Source: the human T2T-CHM13v2.0 reference genome, Homo sapiens
Strand: one strand, 5' to 3'
DNA: 64,000 nt
NCBI RefSeq assembly: GCF_009914755.1
Contig: NC_060942.1
Shown here piece after piece: positions 41,200 to 55,723 of the stretch (position 1 is its first letter; each line of letters opens with the position of its first letter). The notes under the pieces are model-generated. The model ran no database searches. It worked only from the letters and a program-made list of their open reading frames with translations, and was not told where the DNA came from. A program made the translations under genes and the position numbers.

Positions 41200-42500
41200 G
41201 AAAAACAATAGAAAATTCGGAATCATAATTCATCACATCAACAAGTTAAAGGAGAAAATAAGCATGCTAACACTTTGCAAAACAGTCATTTAATAAATTC
41301 ACTCACTGTCTAGTTTTCGTATCTTAAAAAAACTAGTACAAGAAAAAAATGATTCAAATATAATATAAAGAAACAATAGCAAATACCAAAGTGAATTATA
41401 AAATACTGAATGTATCCTCATTAGACTCAAGAATAAGATCATATTATCTTTTATTACATTATTAATCATGCTTTAGGAAAGACTAGGTAAACAATTACAT
41501 AATAAAATCAAATATTACTATTATAATACTGAAAATGAATAGGTAATATATCTTCAACTTTAGATAACATAATTAAATACCTAGAAAAATAGAAGAATTC
41601 TATTTAAAACAACAATAAACAATTTTGGTAAAATGGCTGGATATAAGGATTAGGAAATGAATAGCTTTTATCTATAAGAATAATAATCGGTCTTTAAAAT
41701 ACAGAAGAAATAATTGTAAAGTTTTCTCAAAAATATAAATTATTTGGGAAAAAATTTGACAAAAAGAAGAGGACCTATATAAAGTAAACAAAAACTCTTA
41801 TTAAAAATCCTAAATCAAGTTTCACATGAAAAGGATGATTTGTTACAAAATGGTTTAATAGACTATAATGTGTGTTCTCCCAACATTACTGTAAAAATAT
41901 AGCAAAATGGAGTAGTCTTTTTTGAACTGCATTAAATGAAGTTCACATGGAAAAAAGGTATCTGAGACTACCCAAAAGGTATCTGAAAAATAAAATATTG
42001 GAAATTTGCTACCAGATACTAAAACATCCTATAATACTTCTATATTAAGGCAACATTTATTTTCCTAATCATAGTAAAGATCAGAGGGAAAAATTAAAGG
42101 CCAGAAATAAATCTGAATCAATATTTTCAGAAAATGATATCTGAATTCAGTGAGAGAGAAGTTGTTTAATTAATGGTACTGAAATAATGTGAAATCTCTG
42201 TTTAAAAAAATTCAAAGTGGTCTCTATACCTCACATCTAACTCATATAATAACAAAAGTAATGTTTCAGACGAATAAAAATCTAAATGCAAACACAGAAC
42301 ATGTTCAAATTAGAGTAATCAATAAGATTTCACTTGCATAATCTTGGGCTAAAGGAGAGTGTCACCTTGCCGAGTAAACCAAGAGATCTGTTGATGGGTT
42401 TGACAGCACATTTTATAAAAGTATGTGTCAAAAAATACCACCATAAACAAAATGTAAATTAAATAAGACGACCATGAAAAAAATGTAAAATAAAAAGCCA
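41200..42500 (+). mobile_element. Ancient L1M ORF2 fragment
   Basis: catcacatcaacaagttaaaggagaaaa..., ttggtaaaatggctggatataag, gctaccagatactaaaacatcctataa. Confidence 0.6.
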
Positions 42501-42524
42501 ACATTCCCAGATTATGTCCTTGCA

Positions 42525-45500
42525 GAGACATCAATGAAAATAGTGAAGCAGGAGTCTCTGAAAACTCCCTCTTATATAAATGTAATAAAAAAAACTGATA
42601 AAAAAATGTCAAATCAGCCTTGTCAACATTCGAAATTAGCCAAAGGCTTGCAACAATCTAGGGAGCACTGATTTAATAAAAACAGTCTAAACTTAGTAAG
42701 AAGAGTGCACTTTGTGGTGTTTCACCTTCTAGTCCTATCACTTCAGCTCCACAGAAGCCTCAAAGAATAATTTATTGTCAAAAGCAGCCTTCTGGCAGCC
42801 ACCAGAGAGAGTAGAATCAGGCTAGAATGCATTCAAAGCCTCGTTCTCAAAAAAATTGTCTTTATTTGACCTGTCTGGTGGTTTTTATGGAAACCTCCAC
42901 TTGCAAGGATGTCTGCATTTGATTTGATGCAGAGTTTACCAGCACAAAAACTCTCTCCCAGAAAAGCTTTTTCCCCAGAGCATGGTTGTCCAAAAAAATT
43001 ACAGGCAATTGATAAACTCTGTGGCCACCTGAGATTGTGGCTAAAAATTGGAACAAACAGTAGATGAACTAACAAACTAAAAAGGGAAAGCTGGTGGAAT
43101 TACATCCATAGTACTTTGTAAAGCTCCAACATAACTCCTGGGAATCTAGAAGGCTGCAAATATCCAGGGATGTGTGAAAGACCAGGGTATTCACATGTTC
43201 TGGAAATACCTGAGAAGCTATTTAACCTCTCACCTCCTGCTGATCTTGAGGCTCTATGAAAGCAGGAAACAACAACAATAACAAAAACTACGGCAACGTT
43301 GGCAACTGCCTGGTTGTTTATTAAAGGTGAACCTAAGAAAGCACACAGAACTTTTCTGCAAAGACAGAGATAAATTTTTTTCAGATTTTAAGGATTATTA
43401 TCCAATGATTAACAGACCCTCAGCTGAGAAGAGACTTCATGGGCTGCACATGAGAAAGACAACAGACTTTACTTAATTAAGTTAGAAAGTTCTCTAAACA
43501 AAACAAAACAACAAAGATTACTACTTCAGCAAACAGCAACAGGAACAAATCCTGAGGATAAGTGAAAATATGATATCCAGTATAAATACATTGTATTTAA
43601 AATGTTCAGTTTTCAACAACTAAAAATGAGACATTCAAAGAATTAAGAAAGTATAGACTATGCAGAATAAAAAATTAGTCAATAGAAATTATCTCAGGGG
43701 AAAATTAGACATTTTATTTATTAATCCAATTGGAAATTTGAAATATGTTCAAGGATCTAAAGGACTAAAACAAAGCATTAAAATAATGTTTTAGCAAATA
43801 GAAACTATTAATAAAGTGATATAAATTATTTTAAAAACTCAAATATAAATTTGACAGTTGAAAAGTACAATAACTGAACTAAAAAATTTTTGCTATCTGC
43901 ACTCAACAGCATATTTGAGTAGGCAGAAGAAAGAATCATCAAATCTGAAGACGAGTCAACTGAGATTATCTAGACTAAAGAACAGAAAAAAAAATAAAGA
44001 AAAATGAACAGAGATTCATAGTTGTGTGACATTCCATGAAGTATATACCAATATACATACAAAAGTAAAAGTAGTCAAAGAAGAAAAGAGAGGGGGGAGG
44101 CAAAAAGTATATTCAAATAAATAATGGCTGAAAACTTGCAAAATTTGGTTTAAAATACATTAATTTACACATTGAGGAAGCCCAAGAAATTCCAGTTGTA
44201 AAAACTCAAAGATATATACTCGAGATACATCACAATCAAACTGTCAAAAGTCAAAGACAAAGAGACACTCCTGGAAGCAACAAGAGAAAAGTGACACTTC
44301 ACATGTCAAGGATCTTCAATATGATTAACAGACAATTTTTCAGTCAAAACAATGGGAAACAGAAGGTATATACTAGCATATACAAAATACAGAAAGAAAA
44401 GTACCAAGAATCCTATATCAAGCAAAACTATAACTTAAAAACAATAGAGATATTAGGACATTCCCAGATAATCAAATATTGGGATAAACCTGTTCTATAA
44501 AAAATACTCAAGGGAATCGATTCCTTCAAATTGAGATGAAAGAATGCTAGACAGTAACTTGAATCCACAGAAGAAATAAAGACAACCAGTAATCATAACT
44601 TTATAGGTAAATATTAAAAATGTATAAACGTATTATTTTGTAACTCTTCTTCATTGCCTAATTTAAAAGACAATTGCATAAAGCAGTAATTGTAAATTTC
44701 TGTTGATAGTCACACAATGTATAAAGATATAATTTATACAATAGCAAGACAAATAAATAAAGGAAGAAAGAAAGCTATAGAGGAGAAAGAAATGTGTATA
44801 CTATTGAAATTGTTAGTATTAATCCAAAATAATTTTTTTTGTAAATTACATTGTGAATTCCACTCCTAGGGCAATTGCAGGGAAAATAGTTCAAAAATAT
44901 ATAGTCAAATCAATTGCAAAGTAATTAAAGTGTTACACAAAAGAAGGCAGTAATGAAGGAATAGAGAAAATATAAAGACATAAGACACAGAGAAAATAAG
45001 TAGCAGAATGGCAAATACAAATCCTACCTTATCAGTAATTACATTAAATGTAAATAAATTAAACCCTCTAATTAAAGTATAGAGATTGACGGAATGAGTT
45101 TGAAGGAAATGGTCCTATCATATACGGTTCACAAAAGACACATGGGAGATCAAAGACACAAATATGTTGAAAGTAAAGGCTGGAAAAAGAAATTCCATGC
45201 AAACAGTAACCATGTTAAAGGAAGTCCATGCAAACATTAACCATGTTAGAGCTGAAGTGGCTAGATTAATATCAGACAAAATAGACTTTAGAATAAAAAT
45301 TGCTAGAACAAACAAAGAATTACATTTTATAATAACAGAAGGGTCAATTAATCAAGACATAACAATCACGAATATGAATCCACCCAACAACAAAGCTTCA
45401 AGATACATGAAACAAAAACTGACAGAACTAAAGAGAGAAATAGAAAATTTGACAAAAACAGAGACTTTGATACTGCATGACTGAAGTCATGCAAAGTGCC

Positions 45501-48410
45501 TTCTCCAGCCATATTGGAATGAAATTATAAATCAATAACACAAAGAAATAACAGAAGGAAATTCAAAACATATGGACATTAAACAGTATGTTCCTTGATA
45601 ACCAACAAGTATAAGAAGAAATCTCAAGAATGATTAGAAAATATTTTGAGATGAATGAGAATGAATGTACAACATATTGAAACTTATTGGATGAAGTTAG
45701 AGCAGTGCTTTAAAGGAAATTTCTAGCTCTAATTGCCTACATTAAAGAAGTTCTTATGTCAGTAACCTAACTTTACATCTAAAAGAATTAGAAAAAGAGC
45801 TAACTAAACCCAAAGCAAGTAAAAGAATGAAAATTAATTTTTAAAAAACTACAGTGAGAAAAATATGAATTCTAATACATGCAAAAAGTGGAGAGAATCA
45901 ACAAAACCAAAAGTTTGTTCTTTGGAAAGTTCAAGAAATTTGACAAAATACTGTATACACTAACCAAGAAAAAAGAAGATTCAAATTACTAAAATCAGAA
46001 ATTCAAGAGAGAGTATTGCTATGAACCTTCAAAAAGTGATTATAAGAGAATATTATAAAACATTTTATGCCAACAAATTAGATAAACAACATGAAATGAA
46101 TAAATTCCCAAAAATACACCACCTAACAAAACTTACTCAAGAAGAAACAGAAAATCTGAATAAATCTGTAACAAGCAAATAAACTGAATTAATAATCAAA
46201 AACTTCTCACAAAGATAAGCCTGAACCAAATTGCTTTACTGGTGAATACTACTAGATGTTAAAAGATGAATCGACATGGGTCTTTCACAAAATCTTCCAA
46301 AAAATAGAAAAGAAATATACACTTACCAGCTTATTCTATGAGGCAGTCTCACTGTGATAGCATATCCTGACAAGACATCACAAGAAATGAAAAGTACAGA
46401 CTGATATCTCTTGTGAATTTAGACACAAAAATCCTTAACAAAATAGTTGCGGAATCCATAAACATATAGAAAGGATTATAGACCACGATGAAGTGAGATC
46501 TATCTAGAAATGCAAGGTTGGTTCTACATGTAAAAATCAGTAAATGTAATAAACACCATATTAATATGATAAAGGACCAAAGCCATTTCCATTATTTCAA
46601 TGAATGTAGAAAAATCATTTGAAATATTTCTATACCCTTTTGTAATAAAAAATTCAGTAAACTAACAATAAAGGGAAATTTTCTTATCCTGATAAAAATG
46701 TACCTGTGAAAGCCAACATCATACTTGATGAAAAGTGGATCATTCCACTAACATCAGAAAGGATGGGATATTTGCTCTTATTGTCTTTTTTTTAACATTG
46801 TATTTGATGCTCTAACCAAAGTAATTAGGCAAAAAAAAAATAAAAATAAAAATAAAAAATAAACATTTCCAGATTGAGAAGAAAGAAGTAAACATCTGTA
46901 TTTGCAGATAAAAGGATTTGTGTAGAGAAAGTCCTAAATAATGTATTTTCAAAAACTATAGAGCCTAATGAACAATTTTGCAACTTGCAGGATACAAAGA
47001 CAACACACAAACATTGGTGGTATTTCTACACACTAGCAATGAGCAATACAAAAATGTAATTAAGACAATTTTATTTACAATAGTGTCAAAATGAATAAAA
47101 ATTTAGGAATAAATTTTACTAAACAGTGCAAGATTTGTACACTGAAAATTACAACACATAGTTAAAAGGAATTAAATAGGCCTAAATGAAAATATATCTG
47201 TAACCATGGATTTAAACACTTAATATTATTAAGATGACAATGCTCTCCTCATTGATTTACAAAACTCCAGTAATCAAGACATTGTAGTACTGGCATAAGG
47301 AAAGACATATAAATCAATGGGATAAAACTGAGAATGTAGAAATTAACCCATACTACATTAATTACCAATTGATTTTAACAACAGTGTCTAGACAATTCAA
47401 TGAGATAAAATAGTGTTTTCAAAGAATGCTGCTGAAAATACTGAATATCCACTTACAAACAAATGAATTTGAACTTCTACTTCATACCATACACAAAAAT
47501 TAACTAAACTTGGATTAAAAAATATAAATGTAATAGTTAAAACCATACAAATCTTAGAAGAAAACATAGATCTAAGTCTTTGAGACTTTGGATTAAGCAA
47601 TGGTTCCTCAGATATGATACTTAAAGCATAGGCAACCAAAGATAAAATAGATAAATAAGACTCCATCAAAATTACAAACTTTTAGTTTTTAAACTTTTTA
47701 ATATCTTCTGCTTCAAGAATACTAACAAGAAAGTGAAAAGACATGACATGGAGTGGGAGAAAATATTTTCAAACAATCTATCTGATGAGTGTCTAATATC
47801 TGGACTACAGAAAGAATACTTACAACTCAATAAAAAGTGAAAAAGAACGGAATATAAAATGGACAAAAGATTTGAATAGACATTTCTCCAAAGAAGATAT
47901 ACAAATGACAAACACAGGAAAAGCCATTTTCCATTATTAGAGACTATGGAAATGCAAATCAAAACCACAATGAGATCCCGCTATATATCCACTAAGGATG
48001 GCTTTATTTAAAAAGGGGTTTCAAAAAAAAAGGACAGATAATACTGATTGTTGCTAAGAATACGTTAGAATTGAAACCCTTATAAATCACTATGGTAATG
48101 TAAAATATTGTAGTCACTTTGGAAAATAGTTCGGCAGTTCCTCAAAATGTTAAACATAGAACTATCACATGACCTGGCAATTCCACTCCTAGATATATAA
48201 CCAAGGAAAATGAAACACATTATGCAAAAATTGTAGTGAATGTTTAAGAGTGGCTTTATTCTTAAGAGTCAAAAAAAGTGGAAACAGCCAAAAATCCATC
48301 TACTAAAGAATGGATAAACAAAATGTAATGTACTTAGAAAATGGAAACTACTCAGTCATAAAAAGCAATAAAATACTGACAGACTCTACTACATAAAGGA
48401 CCCTTGAAAA
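42525..48410 (+). mobile_element. Long decayed L1MB-like LINE-1 (L1M3/M4-type 5' end, ORF1, ORF2; 3' UTR missing)
   Basis: 5' ccaaaggcttgcaacaatc...agtaagaagagtgcactttgtgg; ORF1 remnant gcagaagaaagaatc...; endonuclease-like peptide AEVARLISDKIDFRIK...YMKQKLTELKREIE (ORF 45164..45484); ends at cccttgaaaa. Confidence 0.85.
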
Positions 48411-49339
48411 CCAGGGTCTATTGTCTTGCCTCAGGTAGCTCAGATGCATAAAATTATTTTATATTTTACATACCAAACAATTGTCAATCTCCAGAAGTAG
48501 GTTTACAAAGTATTTTTCAATGGGAAAAAAATGAAAAAATATACATGAAAATTCAGTGCCTAAGGGTCAAAATTAATGATTTGCACCACTATGCCTTTGA
48601 TAAATGCCTGTGGAAGGCTTACTAAATGAAGTTATGAGACAATCATGAGCACACCTTAAGCATTGCATGTGTAATTCTTGCAATCTGCAACTTTTGGATA
48701 AGTACGATTACTTTAGCCCTGGCCTAAGTAATAAGATCCATGGAGTCACTAGTATTATGTCCTTATTCCTTTCCTAATATAAATGATAATAAATGTACAA
48801 CTTCAAAAGTATTAATCATTGGAATATCTAAAATCAAATAGTATGCCATTAACGGAAATCTTTGCATTAAAAAGGAAATTTAAGTGGCTAATAAGAAAAA
48901 AATGTATTTACTTTGCTATCAGGCAGGAACATGAAAATTAATGTAACCTTTTTTTACCCAACAATTAGGTTGGTATAATTTAAAAATACCAACCATTCTG
49001 GGAAAAATGAGAGAAATCATACATTTCTATTGCTCCTAATATATAAATATATGTGCATATGTATACATATGTTTTAGAAAATATTTCAGAAATATTTATT
49101 TTGAAAAACATACTTAGTTCTAATCCAATAATTCAACTTTTGAGAATCTATCCCATAGAAAGAACCAATTCATAACAACAACAAATATAAAGTTATTCAT
49201 TTTAATATTGTTTGCAGTAGTTACTATTTTCAATCTGAATTTATTTAAAAGTTAAATAATTGAATACATTGTCATTGAGGTTCATTTTCCTTCTAATGGG
49301 CTTTCTTGGGTAGCAAAGCCTAGGAAAATAAAAAGAACA

Positions 49340-49500
49340 GAAAGGAAGGTAGGGATACTAAGAGGAAAGGAAGGGAAGGGGAAGGGAAGAAGGGAGGGAG
49401 GGAGGGATTTCTAGTTTTACTTGGAGGAAGGGTAGGAAAGGGGAGGGGAGGGGGGAGGGGAGGGGAGGGGAGGAGGGAGGGGAAGCGGGGAGAGAAGGGA
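49340..49500. repeat. Purine-rich (GGAA/GGGA/GGGGA)n low-complexity tract
   Basis: Read directly. Confidence 0.9.
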
Positions 49501-49777
49501 AGCTGTAGCTTCTATGGTCAATCTGGGAAACATTTTTGCATGTCCAACCCAGAGTTTTTTCTGCCAGCTTTGCAAATTCATTGGTTTCTAAATTTTTTTC
49601 TACCTAAAACAGAGGGATTTCTGTTTCCTGCACTGTGCCCTGATTGATATTATGACATGTTCCTAGTATGTAATATTTGTTTACTGTTTAAAAGAGTGCA
49701 TTAGATTCATATCTAATAACCTTGATATATATCCACAATATATTTTTAAGTAAAAGAGCAAGATTACTAAATGTAAA

Positions 49778-49817
49778 CTGGGCAACAGAGCAAGACCCTG
49801 TTTCTAAAGTAAGTGAG

Positions 49818-49856
<39 letters not shown>

Positions 49857-49858
49857 AT
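49778..49858 (+). mobile_element. Alu 3' terminal fragment (AluJ-type) with (TAAA)n tail
   Basis: ctgggcaacagagcaagaccctgtttct followed by (taaa)n. Confidence 0.85.
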
Positions 49859-50039
49859 GACAATATTAGATGGGACTGTGAATCTGAAGTTGGACTTCTC
49901 AGACATGATGTTAGGCATGGAAAAATACATAACTCTTTGGGAAAACTTTTTTGCATTGTCTACTAAAGCTGAACATGTGCATTCTTTGGCCTAGAAATTC
50001 ACAAAATAAATGAATGTTTCATTTTAATAAATGAATGCA

Positions 50040-50555
50040 TTTCAGTGCATATTTCAAATGTTGTGGCCTGAAAAGCTGGAAGGTTTGAATTGCCATAAAC
50101 TGAAATAGGGGAGAATGCAGGTTATAGAGTGGTTCCACATCTGAAGTACAATTTTAGGACAGTTAAACTTGAGATACTTACTAGATATCTAAGTGGAGAT
50201 TCAGAGTTGGCAGTTGGATTCAGAGTTGGCAGTTGGATATATAAGATTTGTTACAAAAGACTAAGCACTGAGGTTCTCAAATGTTTGGAGTTTGAGGAGA
50301 TATAAAGAAACCAGTAGAGGGAACTGAGAACAAGAATCCAGAAAAATAGCAAAAACCATGAAGAATGTGTTCTGGAAGCCAAAAGAAAAAGGTTTCCAAG
50401 GCTAAGGGTAGAATCAACTTGGTTAAGTGGCATGTGTAAGCTAATAAAGATGAGGACAAAAGAATAATGATTAGATTTAGCAAAATGGAAATCACTGGTG
50501 ACCTAAGGCTTAATGGTGATGGTAAAAAGAAAATTGGGGTGTGTTTAAGAAAGGA
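50040..50555 (-). mobile_element. L2 LINE fragment
   Basis: aattttaggacagttaaacttgagatacttactagatatctaagtggagat...gatttagcaaaatggaaatcactggtgacc. Confidence 0.7.
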
Positions 50556-50559
50556 TGAA

Positions 50560-51250
50560 CGATATAATGGTCAAGTAAGATTTATTCCAACAATTCAAGG
50601 TTCAAATTAGAAAATCCATTAATTTAATATACTGTATTATAGATAATGAGAGAAATATTACATGAGCTTCTCCCTAGAGGCAGAAAAGATTCTTGAGAAA
50701 ATTCAATACTCATTCCCAATTTAAAAAACTACTCAATACATTGAAACTGACAATACTTTACAACATGATAAAATGTATATTGAATTTTAAAGCCAGCATC
50801 ATATTTAAGGGAATAAAAAAACTAGTAGCAATCCCATTAAGAGTGGGGCATAGCAAGGATGCCACTTATTTCCACTACTATTTAACACTGTATTAAAAGT
50901 ATTAACCAATGTAATCAGATAAAAAATAATGATTAAAGGCATAAGAATTAATAAAAATTAGTGTCTCTAATTGCAGATGAAATAATAGCATTCCTGGAAA
51001 ACCCCAGATAAACAATGATGAGTAACATAAATAATTTTAAAAATTAGTAAATTAGTGCAGTAAGAATTATCATTATTTACTTCATAAACCAAATATAACT
51101 AGTTAGAAGAATTAATAAAAGAGAAATCCTCAACTAGAAGTACAAAACAATAATTTACGAATACACTTTTCAAAATCTTGCAAATTCTATATGAGGAAAC
51201 CCTTTAAAAATGCTCCTGACACAAAATGTCATTGAACAATTGGAATAGTA
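50560..51250 (+). mobile_element. Old L1M ORF2 fragment
   Basis: gcagaaaagattcttgagaaaattcaatactcattc...caaggatgccac...tatttaacactgtatt. Confidence 0.65.
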
Positions 51251-51257
51251 TCATCTT

Positions 51258-52260
51258 ATTGACTTAAAATAATGCCTATTTACTATCTCATTTTCTATAA
51301 GTCAGAATGCTGGTGAGCTAGGTCAGTACTCTGCTTAGGGTCTCACAAGCTGTAATGAAGGTTTCAGTTGGCCTGGGCTCTCCTTTAGTGGCTCTGGGGG
51401 ATAAACCATTTCTAATCTCATTAAGGTTGTAATCTCATTACAGTTCCAGGCAGAATGTATTATGTTTTCACAGTTTCTATGTGGCCCCCTCCATCTTCAA
51501 GTCAGCAATGACTGGCTGAGCACTTCTCATGCTTTGGAACTCTCTGACTCTACATTTCTCTGACTTGTTCTTCTCTCAGCCAAAAGAAAGTTATGCTTTC
51601 AAAGACTCATGTAATTACCATTACAATCCAGGATAATCTCCCAATCTAACGGCACTGATTATAAACACAATTACATCTACAAAATCCTTCTGCCCATGTA
51701 ACCTTGCATATTTACAAGCATGACATGAAAGGCACAAATTATGAGGATCCAGATTCTGCATACCACACTGCACTGCCTGGGCCCATGATCCACATCCTGC
51801 CCATATGCAAAATACATTCACCTCCTCTGAGGGTGCCCACAAATCTCCAACCAAAGCCCAAACTTGCATCTAAATGTTATTATCTCTAATGTCCAAAATC
51901 TCATAATCTAAATCAAGTACAGATGAAACTATATAGGTTCGATATATCCTGGGGTGAAATGTCTTCTTTTTTTTGGACCTTTGAAACTAAAGAAAGAAAT
52001 CATGACTTTCCAATGATCCTAAAATACATACATATATATATATATATCTATATACATACACATATATATACACAAATACATATATATATATATATATATT
52101 TACTTCATGAGAAAGAAGCCAAATCCATCATTTTTTAAGAGATAATCACTTCTCTATTTTTGGCTACACTGAAATAGTTGAGGAGTAACACCCTTAAATT
52201 TCCTTGATGCCCTCTTGTTTAAGGAGCCTATAGAGCCACCCTTCTAAAAGTAACTTCAAT
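51258..52260 (-). mobile_element. MLT1 (D/E-like) LTR (to about 51768) plus adjoining MLT1-internal sequence
   Basis: ctctgcttagggtctcacaagctg...aatccaggataatctccc...ctgcataccaca, then atatgcaaaatacattcacc...tctaaatcaagtacagatga. Confidence 0.7.
52025..52100. repeat. (TA/CA)n microsatellite
   Basis: Read directly. Confidence 0.9.
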
Positions 52261-52562
52261 TAAAATTGATTGAATAACATTTTTATTTTATGCCTAAACA
52301 TAAAACTTCAGCATTTATATATGGAATCAAATTTTAGCATTTATATACGGAATATAGGCTTTATTCTATCATATACAAAACAAACACAGCAACTAGAAAA
52401 TGACTGAATTTACCAACCTTCTAGCATTTATCCTTTAGAGAATATTACTATTAGCAACAAATACTGACAGTATTTAATACACAGAAGTTACCTCTAAATG
52501 CAGACTGTGAAGTACAAGAAATCTGCTGGACAATATGGAACGATAATATATATAAAATTAAA

Positions 52563-54925
<2,363 letters not shown>

Positions 54926-55723
54926 ATAAAATTAAAATGGATAGATTCATTTAAGAGTTAATCATACAGCATCAAACGTATACAAAATTACAGTGATTTT
55001 AAATATGTGCTATTTATTGCAATGAGAGTAAGTTTTCTTAGTTCTCCATTTCACTGAAATCAATTATAAAACTTCCAAAATCTATCTCTTTTACAATATA
55101 ATAATTATTAAAGACAAAAACAATTTTTATCTTAAAAAATAAATAATTTAAATCGTAAATTATATTGAAGGAAAGACACCTCTAGATTGAAACAATATAA
55201 TCACTAAGAGTTATTATGTAGTTTTGGTTATGTTTAAAGTCATGTTCAAAACTTATTTTATATTCAAGGAAACAATGCCAATACCAACATCTAAATTATA
55301 CAATTAAAGGGTGAACATAGTACAAAATTGTGAACCAGTTGCCATACAAGATCCAATAGACAATGTGACAAGTCTCATAACCCCACAGAATTAATGATAT
55401 GAAATTCAATTCATAAAGATGTCTTCTTAAAAGTGAATGGGAAAAGGGTAAAGTTAAGGTTTTAAGAATTTTGGAAAATGTGAAAATACTGGCAAATTAT
55501 TTAAGCTTTGGCAGAATGCTAAGGTGTATCATTCTTACCTGTGCTTCTTGTACTACTGTATAATTCAACTTTCATTATTTGTTATCACAATACCATTTTG
55601 CTTAAAATGAATAGTTATGTTCAATTAAAAAGTTTTAGAGATATTTATTACAGCTTTGTTTATAATACTTAAAAATTAAAGCACACTTAATATCCAATGA
55701 CAAGGGTTTAAGAAACTGTAAAG

